This document shows, piece after piece, positions 12,440 through 24,380 of a stretch of 42,261 nt of DNA (its first letter is position 1; every line of letters begins with the position of its first letter). The stretch comes from Dicyema japonicum. Lineage: Eukaryota > Animalia > Dicyemida. The translations under genes were made by a program, and so were the position numbers. A model generated the notes under the pieces. It saw nothing but the letters and a program-made list of their open reading frames with translations, searched no databases and was not told where the DNA came from. The stretch spans positions 21,032 through 63,292 of the forward strand of contig RDEW01000049.1 in the NCBI GenBank assembly GCA_011109175.1, written 5' to 3'.

Positions 12440-14400
12440 TCGGCCTACAAATGAGGTAATCGTTGACTCTATCGAAAAATGGTGATTTTAAATCCCCAAA
12501 ACATCCACACAAAGACACGGTGGAAGAAATGACAATCCAACTTTACCCGATCTGTCAATTTTTTCTCAAAGATTGCCCAGGTAATTTCACGGAACGTCTC
12601 GTACGACTCCCATAGTGATCATATTCCAAATATACTAAAGTTGATTCAAAGTTCACGCAGGGACAGAACAACCTCCAAGAACTACAAAAAAGCAGACTGC
12701 CAATTTTCAAGCTCACCTAATGGGATTTGATCCTTGCACGTTGATTCCATCGACAGGGTAGTGGACCGTTTAAATCGAGTAATTTCCTAGCAGAAAAGCT
12801 GTTTGTTCCTCGAGAAGTGTATAAATGCTATAACACTACGTCTGACTCCGAAACTCGCTTCTTTATAAAGAAGAGGAGATGAACCGGCACTGGAGATGAG
12901 CTAACCCCCTTACCTTTTCTCCCTGAAGAATACAAAATGCTTGAACCTAAGAATCACAACCCTCATCAAAAAAAGAGAAGTCTTGGGACCAACTCTTATC
13001 ATCAATAAAATCCACGTGACTTTTTGGAATACTATCCGCCGAATCTCCCCTTCTCCCAATATTACGGGAGTTAATGAACTGAAGCATTACGCCTCTATAA
13101 GCCACAAGGACTTTTCATAGACTCATTCCTGTCGCCTACGTAACTTGGTATCAAAAACAACCACGTGGGTCGGACTCTACGCATACCGAGGTTACACTAG
13201 CAATAAGTTCCACGGAGAGGTCCCATACGTGTGGTCTCGATGGTATCCCTAGAATTCTACTAAAGTATCTTGGGGAGATTGCAATCAGATCCATTACCTC
13301 TATTTTTAATCTCCCCTCACACACTAACGTTTCCCTAGCAAAGGAAGAACTCGCATATTATGCCTGCCTCAAAATTAAAAAACCGGAAGCCTCTCCTTCA
13401 CCTTACCCCCCGATATCCCTGACGTGCTTATATCTCATTTGTCCTTTTGCCACTATCAGATCTGAGCGGTCTACAACAACACACTTAACCTCTTTGACAA
13501 TTAAAACAGTGGATAGCTAATTTTCTTACCGGACAAAGAGGCCATCAAGTCGAGATTCCGTCACCTCCCAAATGGTGTCCCGCAAGGATCATCTTTTTCT
13601 TTAGCGTTTTGCAAAATCAGAGCTTCAGTCACATCTAAACGAACTGAGAACTTGCATAACTTCTGTGTCCCTGTGGAAATCTTCATATCTCCGTAAACTC
13701 GACATTATAAAATCATTTTTTGAATTCCATGACCCTGTCGTCACAAGAATGCGCTGCGGCCCATAATCAGCTCATAAAGCCGACGGTAGAGTACGCTTGT
13801 GTCTCAGAGGCTTATAGAGTTCAGATAGATTCTCCAGGAGGGAAATGGTCTGCTTAACTAATTTCCCTGCTCAGCTATTCCCCCACTACTTTGCCATGCG
13901 AATTATGGGTCCTGCGGCTCAGAATCCGATCTTTTCTTTCAATCGACGGTAGAAGTCGCCGAAATGCGTAAATTTAGGAAAAGTCTAACGCATCTCCCAA
14001 TTCTGCGGAAAGAAAAGCGTTTTGGATTCAGAAAAGCTGTGGGTACTATGGGGGAGCACAAAAAACCTTTCGATCCTTAAAGGATTTCCACCACTTCACT
14101 GGGGGCCTAACGACTGTAAGGATTGGATGTTTTCCTTTCGTTGTTTCATGACGGACTTTCCAAAGATTCCACGGACCCTGACGAATGAGTATCCAACCAT
14201 CCACCTTAGAAATCCAGTTATATCCGTCATTGGGGATAAAGTTATTTTTGTGAGTCCACTTGCTCGTCCTAAGCAGTCAACCTTGAGTCACCCCCATGAA
14301 TATATGAAACAGTTAGCAAACATGTGTTACAACACAACAAAGAATCAAAGCCTTTATTTCCAGACAAAAAGAACAATCTCAGCATGAACAGGGGTCTATA
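12440..14400 (+). mobile_element. Heavily decayed APE-type non-LTR retrotransposon (Ingi/I-like)
   Basis: RT motif HLPNGVPQGSSFS (~13562-13600), an LYKP..RLIPV-like early RT motif (~13095-13135) and post-RT NLSILKGFPPLHWG (~14065-14105). Many stops and frameshifts. Confidence 0.6.
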
Positions 14401-14833
14401 GAATAGTGATGCGGGTACCGGAAAGTGGTGGAAACTTACTTGTATGGGTCATTTGTGATGGAGACTTTGGAAAGATGTCCTCGGTTCCTTAGGGATATTG
14501 AACTCCTTATCGGCGATCTTGTTGCCAATATAGGATTATTCACACATTTCCAGACCACGTGGGTGCAGTAAAGAAACTTTTGGAAACGAGGGCCATAATC
14601 CCGCCATTAACAGGCCACGTGGGTTTGTTAGAAGACATAGTTGGCTGATGAAAAATGAACGAGGAATCCATAATGTGCGATAACCCCAACATTTAAAGAC
14701 CACGTGGGTTTATAAAAAGGAATGGTTGGCATGGATGAGTACAATAAGAATAGTCACGCGAAACGGACGCAGGTGTCGTGCTTAATACTGAAATGTTTAA
14801 GTAAGGCAACAATTATAACTACGGCACGCAACA

Positions 14834-15733
14834 ATGGACAAGTCTCACTATTATAACACTCACATGTCCACAATTTCTGAGCCTGACAGCCAGTCATTAA
14901 ATGGTTATTATCACAAATTATATTTAATTTTCTTATAAATTGCTTAGATTTCCCCAAACATGACGGGAATCGACTCAATTATTACCGCTGCTGGAAAAAT
15001 TCATCTTTCCCTTCGACCTCACATAATTTTTACTACACGTGGGAACCTCAACCGAACTACGTGGGACAATATTTTGAGGATACTCCCTATTCTTACACGA
15101 AATTTGAAAAAAATACTTACCCCCATAAACTTCATCATAAGGACGCCGTTTTGGGGGATAAGGGACCTTATTTTTACCAGCAAAATAACCCCCAAAATGA
15201 GTTTTACAGTCAGAGACCAGATCCTTTCGTCCCCCTGCCTTATGCTCACCAAATTTTTACTGAAAATGACAAAAACTCGTGCGAGGATGAAAGCCCCAAG
15301 TCATGTACTCTCAGGCCTTATTTGTAGACAAATATGAAACCAAAAATAAAAGTAGTCATGGAAAAATAAAGAAGCAGCGGAAGCCCAGGACCATATTTAC
15401 GGCCTACCAACTCGAGCAGCTTTCCAAAGCGTACAGGAACTCGAAATATCTCCAACTTTCTGAAAGAGCCTCTCTCGCGAACAGTCTGGGGTTAACCCAA
15501 ACTCAAGTTTTGTTGGAATGTGAGGTCTATAGGTGAAGATTTGGTATCAGAACAGACGATCAAAGGTTAAGAAGATGTCTGCCGTAGAAGAGACCGAAGA
15601 CCAGAACCTCCATCCAATGTACGAGACCTACTCAAACCAAAATAAGGAAATTTATGATTCTCGATTCCAATACAACGACAAATATTACTATAATGGAGAC
15701 AAAAACAGTGATTTTTACCACAACTACATTTAA
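14834..15733 (+). CDS. Dlx: Distal-less (Dlx) homeobox transcription factor
   Basis: Homeodomain RKPRTIFTAYQLEQLSKAYRNSKYLQLSERASLANSLGLTQTQ|VKIWYQNRRSKVKK with the typical TQ|VK intron (15507-15532). Other frame-restoring introns are 15305-15327 and 14904-14947. The first exon and start codon are less certain. Confidence 0.9.
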
Positions 15734-15914
15734 TAAACCCGGGTTTAATGATTCCTTAATAAATCACGTCTCGTGCTGTTCAAAATATAATAGAAGTTTA
15801 AAGATAATCACAAAGTTCATCAGATAGTGCATCACTGTCCGGTCATTACTCCTAATCTTTAAAGTGAGGTCGATCTGTGCTTTAATCATTACTTCCTCAC
15901 TTATCCTTTTGTAT

Positions 15915-16200
15915 TCTCGCACGTGGATGCCTCATTAAATATTTGTTCTATTATGGTTAGGTCATCTGACCACGTGGATATCATAGAAACTATCTAATAG
16001 CTTATTATGGAGACCTCACGATGAGAGGTGTTCACGTGGATCTTTTTGAGAGTGAATAGCCCATATTATTGATATCTCACAAGATAGAGGTGATCACGTA
16101 TGTCTCTATGAGAATGTCTAATCTCTTATTACAGCTGAAGATGGTGGAACTAGTCACGAAACTCTCTTGCTCAATCTATTCCTATCGTCCACGTGGACTG
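15915..16200. repeat. Degenerate ~61-62 bp tandem array with a CACGTG core
   Basis: CACGTG or variants at 15971, 16033, 16095 and 16155, with similar flanks (ctcac..gaggtg..cacgt). Extra sites at 15920 and 16190. Confidence 0.5.
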
Positions 16201-16619
16201 TATTGTAAAAAAGGCTGCAAGTTAGAATTTTGAGATTAGAAAAACATGGATAATCTTTATTGAGACTGCACGTGATTATAGTATTATTTTGATGTCGCTA
16301 ATAATACTAAAGTTATTTGTGCCTAACTAAGACTTTCAAGAGATCCTCTAAGGGTTTTTAAATTCTAGATTATGGTTTCCATAACAATTTCACATTACAA
16401 ATGTTTATCAGGCCATAATAATATAATTTATCACTTATTATATCACTTACTGAGAATCCAATTCCAAGACAGCATTCATGATACATGGAGACCACGTGGA
16501 TTCCTGTTGCGTCCATGTTAGAAATACAAAGACCATACAGGAAAGTAAAAATATTTGGAAATGGTATAGATTATTGTAATAATGATTTCTAATTTTAAGT
16601 TATTCAGCGAATTAATTGT

Positions 16620-16895
16620 GGTGCTTCGTGGCTGATTGGTTGAAGTTTCTGTTTGTTCGTCTGTTTCTCCTCTCTCTTCATATCAGAGTGGCGTCATGTG
16701 ATCCACCTGTCTAGGTGGCGTCCAGTGCCAAACTGGCACGAAAAAAGATCATTTGCTCTCCCCCACTCCACTGGGTAGGTTTCCACAGCTGCAAATTTCG
16801 GATGGACTTTGTTTCTGTAGAAGTGGTAACTGGATACAATTAATTAGTTATTTACGTTAACTTCTTTCTCGGTTTATCTGGGGTTAATAAATAAT
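16620..16895 (+). mobile_element. Short bipartite non-autonomous retroelement, copy B, with HDV-like motif at 16690-16751
   Basis: Homologous to copy A. P4 is TGCCA-AAC-TGGCA, P2 is TGATC/GATCA and J4/2 is CGAA. Its upstream ATTGG module is shared with 20378-20430 (-). Confidence 0.7.
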
Positions 16896-16946
16896 TAAAT
16901 AAATCGAATTAATTAAATTAAATTAAAATAATTTCAAACAAAATAT

Positions 16947-17690
16947 ATGGAGAGTATAGTTGGTCTTTTAATCTACATTCTAGGGAGGCTCAGAACTTTC
17001 ACTGGAAGGTCATATTAACGTCACAGATGTCAGATTGGACTCAATCAATACTATCAATGAACCAGTATCCAGCACAATTGTAAGATTTCAAATCCCCTAG
17101 AATATCCTAGAAAAGGGACCTTAAGTCCATCGGAGACAAACTCATCAACGTCCTTATACCTCGGAAAAACCGTCGTTTGCTTTACGACTGGGATCTTTGG
17201 GGACCTCTTTTCATTTGCATTGTCCTGTCCGTGTAAACCTCATATAAACAACCCCAGTGTCCTCCATGAATCAAACCAAGGCTTAAAAGCTGGTAGTGGA
17301 CCAGAGTTTACCCAGGTCTTTATCCTCTTCGTCCTTGGATCTCTTCTGGCCACATTAAACATGAAGTTACTCCAGTCCAAAATGTTTGATGTAACCTTAT
17401 GTGAAGATCTGTCTTCCAGTCGTTGTGTGTGCTGGGGTACTGTGCCCTCCCCCTCACATTTGCGGCTATTTTATGCATTCCTATGCTGTACTCTGCCAGT
17501 CTGTTCTTCCTTAGACTTTTCTTTGTGCTCTGTGGGATTGCTTGGAGCTCGTATGGTTGCCTTTGGTGTTATTTAAGCTTCGATGGCGTTTTTGAGTGAC
17601 TTTCACTACCCGGACAAGGCTGTCTTGGCTGTTTACCCTATTTGTCTGTTTTACTGTGTTATGGGATGGGTCGTCGTTTGTCGCTCATAA
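16947..17690 (+). CDS. YIPF6: Yip1-domain Golgi membrane protein YIPF6
   Basis: The spliced product contains TINEPVSSTI|KRDLKSIGDKLINVLIPRKNRRLLYDWDLWGPLFIC, GPEFTQVF, TLNMKLL, SVFQSLCVLGYCALPL and LAVYPICLFY. Five GT-AG introns of 22-31 nt. Confidence 0.9.
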
Positions 17691-18631
17691 TTAGTCCTGA
17701 TTCATTTGAAATATGCTTATTTATTGACTTTGTGGTGGATGGGTGCTCGTAAGAGTCTCGGTTTGATGTGGTTTGGGAGAGGTTGAAGATTTGGCTTGTG
17801 CTAGATATGGTCTCCTTGATTAGAGAATTTTTGGTGTTCTAAGAGTTGATGTGTCTTTTTTTAGANNNNNNNNNNNNNNNNNNNNNNNNNNNNNNNNNNN
17901 NNNNNNNNNNNNNNNNNNNNNNNNNNNNNNNNNNNNNNNNNNNNNNNNNNNNNNNNNNNNNNNNNNNNNNNNNNNNNNNNNNNNNNNNNNNNNNNNNNNN
18001 NNNNNNNNNNNNNNNNNNNNNNNNNNNNNNNNNNNNNNNNNNNNNNNNNNNNNNNNNNNNNNNNNNNNNNNNNNNNNNNNNNNNNNNNNNNNNNNNNNNN
18101 NNNNNNNNNNNNNNNNNNNNNNNNNNNNNNNNNNNNNNNNNNNNNNNNNNNNNNNNNNNNNNNNNNNNNNNNNNNNNNNNNNNNNNNNNNNNNNNNNNNN
18201 NNNNNNNNNNNNNNNNNNNNNNNNNNNNNNNNNNNNNNNNNNNNNNNNNNNNNNNNNNNNNNNNNNNNNNNNNNNNNNNNNNNNNNNNNNNNNNNNNNNN
18301 NNNNNNNNNNNNNNNNNNNNNNNNNNNNNNNNNNNNNNNNNNNNNNNNNNNNNNNNNNNNNNNNNNNNNNNNNNNNNNNNNNNNNNNNNNNNNNNNNNNN
18401 NNNNNNNNNNNNNNNNNNNNNNNNNNNNNNNNNNNNNNNNNNNNNNNNNNNNNNNNNNNNNNNNNNNNNNNNNNNNNNNNNNNNNNNNNNNNNNNNNNNN
18501 NNNNNNNNNNNNNNNNNNNNNNNNNNNNNNNNNNNNNNNNNNNNNNNNNNNNNNNNNNNNNNNNNNNNNNNNNNNNNNNNNNNNNNNNNNNNNNNNNNNN
18601 NNNNNNNNNNNNNNNNNNNNNNNNNNNNNNN

Positions 18632-19197
18632 TATATTGCAGAATTTAGTCCCGACAAAACATTAACTCTGACATACTTTCTCTGAATTTTGGGTGTTGGT
18701 TTTCGAGTATCCCTCGGAATTGACTTAATTTTCTCAATTTGTACTTTTTGTTCCTCAAGGCAATTTCTGAAGGTGGAAATTTCCACATTAGTATTATTTT
18801 GCACTTTGAAACATTCGCCTCCTTTTACATTGTTATTCCGATTTTCAGGTTTCAGTATCTTTTTTAGCTGACATAGACTGGAACTCTTGGAGTACTTTTC
18901 ATTGAACTTTTTGAGTACGAGGTTCCAGCCACCTCTAGGTATCCTTCCAAATCTTTGTTCAAGAAAAATCTGAGATACCCACTCAGCTTCAGAGACACAG
19001 TGGACCTCTTCAATAATGGCAGATAATGAATGCAAGTTGGTTTTGGACCAAATATTCCCAGCGATGTTGATATTAGTTCTTGTGACATTATCCAGCCCCA
19101 CAGACGACGGTCCTGCTTCTACTATACTATCTTCTTTATTTGATTTTGCAGGAAGGCCCATAGGATTCGATTTCTCGGTATGATTAGAAACGGACAT
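18632..19197 (-). mobile_element. Intron-less ORF running into a gap, probably the N-terminus of an RLE-type (R4/Dong-like) retrotransposon protein
   Basis: 565 nt open without the micro-introns typical of host genes here. The RKPTPKI...LN motif recalls the pre-RT region of R4-like elements. Assignment is by memory of the family only. Confidence 0.4.
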
Positions 19198-19659
19198 GTC
19201 AACACCACAACAACTATAAATTATTAATTATTATTTATATAATAATGAAAATATAATATGGGTAACCTATATATTAAATTAAACCAACACGTGCAAGTAG
19301 CATGCTTGTGGTGGTACTTTAAAGTATTTTTATTTGTCAACGAAAATATATATCGTGTCTGTTTATAATGTTGGAATATTGTTTACCAGAATGTTTTATT
19401 AAATGTTTTGTTAATCTTCAAATGTTTTATTTAAGCATTATTTATTCAGACAAGTTTATTCTATTCTTCATATTGTGAAATATTGTCTATTTATTCACAT
19501 AACTCCAGGAAGGTAACCAACAAGGTTTCCCTTATTGTCCTTGCCATCATGTCCTCATCCATGGACTCAACTGCCTTCCGTAAGTGTCTCTTTTGCATAC
19601 GTAAAAAGAAAAAGAACGTAATTTGGAAGAACATCGTTGATTACCTGTTTTTTGATATA

Positions 19660-19810
19660 ACTTGAGGAATTGGCAGACCACTCTTCTAAAGGACGCAGAG
19701 GGGTGAAGTTCAAACGGTTCTCTTTAGTGCATAACTTGCACCGGGCGCCACCACAACAACAGGTGAACCGCGTGCAGCCACGCTAAAATTTCAAAATATC
19801 GGAGGAATCC
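19660..19810 (-). ncRNA. 5' fragment of Ingi-like element with HDV-like motif, copy D (19715-19780)
   Basis: Homologous to 26355-26490. P2 CGGTTC/GAACCG, P3 ACC/GGT, GG linker, P4 TGCA/TGCA and J4/2 CTAA. P1 is degenerate. Confidence 0.55.
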
Positions 19811-20151
19811 TATATATGATATTTCAGCGAGTTTCCGTGGATGCTACAAGTGAAATGCTATGATTTGGTTCGTCATCCTCTCCCAAGAGGCTGTTTACTC
19901 CGAAGAGATGTACTTTCATTTAAAATTTTACCTGTATAAAATTAGGAGACAAGCAGGGATCAAGGAGGTGCTCTATTTTTCGGGGGTTTTGTCTGTTGGA
20001 TTATGTAAACGTGAATCTTGAATTGATTGAACCAGAAAACCACCGTCATAGCCAGAATGAAAAATTCAGGTGATCCCGCTCAGCAGTCTTTTAATGCTCT
20101 GATTTGAAGGAAGTGGAGTCCGGGGGAACTCCTCTGGGTGGTGTTGACTAA

Positions 20152-20216
20152 TGGTCCTTTATGGGTATAATAGGATTATATCTGGCGCTACCAGAGATGG
20201 TGAACCACATGACACT
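20152..20216 (-). ncRNA. HDV-like motif, copy C
   Basis: Minus strand AGTGTC ATG TGGTTC ACC ATCTCT GGT AGCGCC AGA TATAAT CCT ATTATA CCCATAAA GGACCA: P2 TGGTTC/GGACCA and P4 TATAAT/ATTATA. P1 is only partly paired. Confidence 0.55.
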
Positions 20217-21029
20217 AACAATTCAAGGTCCTGGTGACAAAAGGGAAGAGGATGAACATAAGAAACAAACAAAAATCTTCAATTCAAGTAGCCAAATATC
20301 ATCATACTTACTTTGGTGCCACGTGACAATTGCAGTTATGTATTTAATCAGTAATGTATCTTGATGTCACACTAGTAAGAAGTGGAAGAGGAACAGACAA
20401 ATAGAAAACTTCAACCAATTAGCCACGCCATTAAAATATAATTTTTATTTTAAATGGTTTATTTTTGTCAATAAATTAACTTAAATTTTAAATAAAATTA
20501 ATTTGATGTTGATTAAATTCTGAAATCTGCCATTTCTCAATTTTTTCACAAAAATTGCAGGAATCAAGAATTGCGATTTTAGAGAGTTCACTGTATTTGT
20601 CGAAAAAATTGAGAACCATGCTTTATAACTATCTCTGAGCGGCTCGGCTCGCTTGTATTTCGATTACTTTATGATTGCTTTCCGAATGGAGAACAAAGGT
20701 TAAGTTCTTTAATGAAAGAGGTTACTTCTTAAATTCAAGCCGGAAAACCCTCTGTCCTATTCCCATCATTCTGGCATTCTTCAGGGATTTCAGTCCACAT
20801 AGTAAATTCACAAACTTGATATTTCCAAAAGTCTTGTCGATGGCTGAAAGCTCAATGGTTAAAACAGTTAGGTTCTATTCATCTTCAGAACCATCAATGA
20901 ATTCATCATTTATACGTTAGGTCCTGCATTTTTTCCGAGGTCACCAAATGGCGTACTTTGTGTCAAGATGGAGTATGACTAGGCCCTATTAGATGAGACT
21001 AAGTGTAAATATGCAACAGATAAGAGACT

Positions 21030-21600
21030 GCTTTGGTCTTCTTGATTATTATAAGGAAAATTCAAATCCAATATACTCAACAAAAATGGTCGTCAGTAGG
21101 CGGGGTCAATATTATGGAATCCAAGAATAGGGATCTTGTGTATGCGAATATTGAAATTCAAAGCAGAGATGTTTTTATTAATTCTTTTTATCATTCCACC
21201 CCTCCTCTATGGACTTGAGGGATGTTATTTCAATGGACACAGGACGCGTGTTATCTCGCTTCTTGAGAAATCGAAAATAGCAGGGATCAAAATTCCCTGT
21301 AAAAGTGGCTCTACGAGATGAAGATCGGGTATCAGAAGTAGCAGAGTAAAAGATGCCGAACTTTTAAAAAAGATGCGATCATTGACTCATGCATCGCAGT
21401 GCGAAATCAATTATAGGAGGGATCTGAGGGTAATGGACGAGAGTCCAAGCAGCAAAAAATTTCATTTCGCTGCGTTCGTCGACAAAATCTAGCCTGTCGT
21501 TGCTAAAGCCACCTTAGATACAACCGAACTTCGTAAATTTTATGGCTTCTTCCTTACCACGATATCTTCCCTGTCTCCTGAAAAAGATCCGAGTTTGTTT
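21030..21600 (+). mobile_element. Possible decayed Ty3/Gypsy RT fragment
   Basis: HRTRVISLLEKSKIAGIKI and TTELRKFYGF resemble the Gypsy motifs HxxxLxxVLxRLxxAGLKL and xxELRxFLG. Confidence 0.3.
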
Positions 21601-21697
21601 GGTAACTTCTCATAATATTTACGATTTATTTAAATTATAAAACTTTATTAAAATAATTTAATTTTATTAAAAACACGTATTTAAGTTGGTAGTGTAA

Positions 21698-22843
21698 ATG
21701 GAAGAACAACAAGATTATGATGATTTCTACGACCACCCACTCGTAATAAAGGAAATTGATTTGTCTAAACCACTTCACCCAGCAACTAAGGCCATTCTTG
21801 ACATGAGATTTGAAGGGACTCCTCAAGGTATTCCTTATAGCCACCAAGAAATCGCCTTAAAATACAAAGATGAAGGAAATTATTTGTTTTCCAAGCGAAA
21901 ATACTTGACAGCTTTAGATAATTATGAGGAGGGGATCAAATGTCCGGTATAATGACTCATTATTCCTAGAACGAACAACTCAGTAGGGAACTATTGTGTC
22001 AGCTTTACACGAATGCCGGCATTTGCTACAGAAAATTACGTATTTATTACCATCAACTGCTTAGTTAAGCACGAAAAGGCTATCGAATATGGTAAGAGAG
22101 TTGTCGATATGGACAAGGATAATGTAAAAGCCTTGACATTGGTTGGGTCTTCATGTCTTTCCATGTTTCGGTACGACGAAGCAGCTATGTACTTGAAATC
22201 TGCATTGGAGTTAAACCACGATGATGAAAGCCTATCCAAAATTACCACAAGAGCGAATAATTTAAAAGTGATATAATTATTTATATAAGGTGGTTAACCA
22301 CAATAGAATATTAGAGAAGATTGTGAGGGACCGCCAGTTGAAGGAAGAAGAGAAAAAAGTCGCTTTGGCAATAAAAGTAATAAAATATTATATTATAGAA
22401 TCGGAAAATAAAAATTATTAATTTAAAGGATAATAATTTGCAAAACCTATATAATCTGACGCAGCCAAAGGAAACGTTCCTCCATCACGCCTACCTGAAG
22501 GATGGGAGTCTCTATTGGCCATTAGCGTTCACCTTTGTGGAACCCGGCCTCACAAATTTTGTTGTAGACTTTGACGAAAATAGAAAGTACTATTTTGTTG
22601 TATTAGAATATCTGAGGCACTCCAGAAAATCCTATCAAGTTCACATGAGTGGGACACTGACAACAACTACACTATCGAACTAGTGGAGGTTGTTATTGTA
22701 GTGATTGGTAGATATATTGTAAGCACACTCAAAGATTGCTAAATAAGCATGATAAATTGGTTAATATTATGGAAGGGATTAGTATTTTGGATGGTATTGT
22801 GGAATTTATAGTTTTATCGGTTAATTCTAATTTTCGCTTATAA
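21698..22843 (+). CDS. TTC4: TPR co-chaperone TTC4/Cns1 homologue
   Basis: Motifs HPLVIKEID..LHPATKAI, TPQ|EIALKYKDEGNYLF (TPR), LYTNAG, NVKAL, DGSLYWPLAF and HEWDTDNNYT. Seven GT-AG introns of 20-25 nt. Confidence 0.88.
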
Positions 22844-22899
22844 AATATTTTTGGGCGGTTTTTGTGAGCTGCACCTTTGCGCCGGTTGTGGATGTTGAC

Positions 22900-23750
22900 A
22901 GGTTTAATTGATAGCGGCCATAAAATATCTTTAATCTTTGATTTCTTGGATTACCCTATCAGGCTTTATTCGCAAGCAGAAACATACTCCAGTTGACAAG
23001 AACAGTGGGGATTGTGACCAGACCTTGGGAAAATATGGTAGATCGCTATGGTCACAGAAGTGCATTCCCTATTAAGTTGACGACTCATTTAGTCTCTAGA
23101 GGGATTGAGAGGAGCGAATGGTCTACAGGGACGAGTATTTTATAAGTTTCCTTCGTTCGGAAAAAATGGGATTTGGATAGTCAGAATGAGCTGTCTGTTG
23201 ACTAGTTGAGGCAGTGAGACAACATACGCCTCATCCTATACGAGATTTTTTGGCAAAAGTGAAAAACTCTGATTATTTGCGAGGCACTACGCTTCCTGTC
23301 GATGATGCTCCAGGATACCAAACAGATCCTTGTTTGGGGTGGTCGCCAATCTCGATTGAAATCATGGAAGCTCGGTGGAAGGTCTTCGAATATGCATTGA
23401 AANTTATCCTATACGAGATTTTTTGGCAAAAGTGAAAAACTCTGATTATTTGCGAGGCACTACGCTTCCTGTCGATGATGCTCCAGGATACCAAACAGAT
23501 CCTTGTTTGGGGTGGTCGCCTATCTCGATTGAAATCATGAAAGCTCGGTGGAAGGTCTTCGAATATGCATTGAAAATGGACCTGAAAAAACCAACTAACG
23601 TGTCAATGGAGGACTTCTGACGGATCCCGTTGACGACCAAGGAGTACCGATGGTCCGATTCAGTGACCTCCAAAAGATCGAGAATTTCGTCAATGTGGAA
23701 GAAGACCTCGATGGACTACGGGTGCTTGCTTGTGAGAGAAACTTAGAGGA
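22900..23750 (+). mobile_element. Decayed RTE-like LINE C-terminal fragment containing an artefactual duplication
   Basis: KVKNSDYL...SIEIMEARWKVFEYALKM resembles the RTE motif xVxNxEVL...SIxxxIxxxRLRWFGHVLRM. Confidence 0.45.
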
Positions 23751-23921
23751 GTATAACGTTGTTGTTATCTTCCCAACTACTCTTTGTCACGAGTAAGATC
23801 TCTGCCATAGATGAAATGACTCTATATCAGATCCATGCTATTCTCTAATAGTGCACCTCCAGTATTCTCCATAACTGTTGTCTAAGGTTATTGTGGGATC
23901 ATTCTCTAAGATCTGTCGATC

Positions 23922-24380
23922 TTTCCCAAGACGACAGAGTTGACACGTGTATCTCTTAACAACTGTCGATCATTCCCAAGTCGGAAAAGTTGGACACGTG
24001 TACCTCTTAGAAACTGTCAATTTTTCCCAAGACGACAGAGTTGCCCACGTGATTCACGTAGAAATTGTGAATCTGTCCCAAAACGACAGAGTTGCCCACG
24101 TGATTCTCCCAAAAACTGTCTATCTTTCCCAATCGGCAGAGTTACCCACGTGTATGTCTTAGAGACTGTCAATCCTCCACAAGTCGGCAGAGTTGCCCAC
24201 GTGATTCTCTCAGAAACTGTCTATCTTTTTCAAAACGACAGAGTTGATACGTGTATCTCTTAAAAACTGTCGATCATTCCCAAGCCGGAAGAGTTGCCCA
24301 CGTGATTCTCACAAAAATTATGGACCTATCCAAACATGTCAAAGTTGCCCACGCGGCTCTCTTAGAAGCTGTGTATCTTT
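23922..24380. repeat. ~51-bp minisatellite, about 9 diverged units, each centred on GAGTTGCCCACGTG
   Basis: Cores at 23944, 23995, 24046, 24097, 24147, 24198, ~24248, 24299 and 24350. Confidence 0.9.

Noticed and set aside
17839-18685. Long ORFs of 265-452 aa in the ORF track
   Set aside because: Their length comes from translating through the N gap.
23233-23576. Near-perfect tandem duplications separated by a single N (also ~4715-4910, 9970-10232, 10383-10460, 33507-33837)
   Set aside because: The single N at the junction marks overlapping contig or haplotype ends joined during scaffolding, so these are most likely not biological repeats.
23922-24380. CRISPR-like appearance and ORFs across the 51-bp array
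   Set aside because: The intervals between cores are homologous to each other rather than unique spacers, the context is eukaryotic with no cas genes, and the ORFs arise because 51 is divisible by 3.
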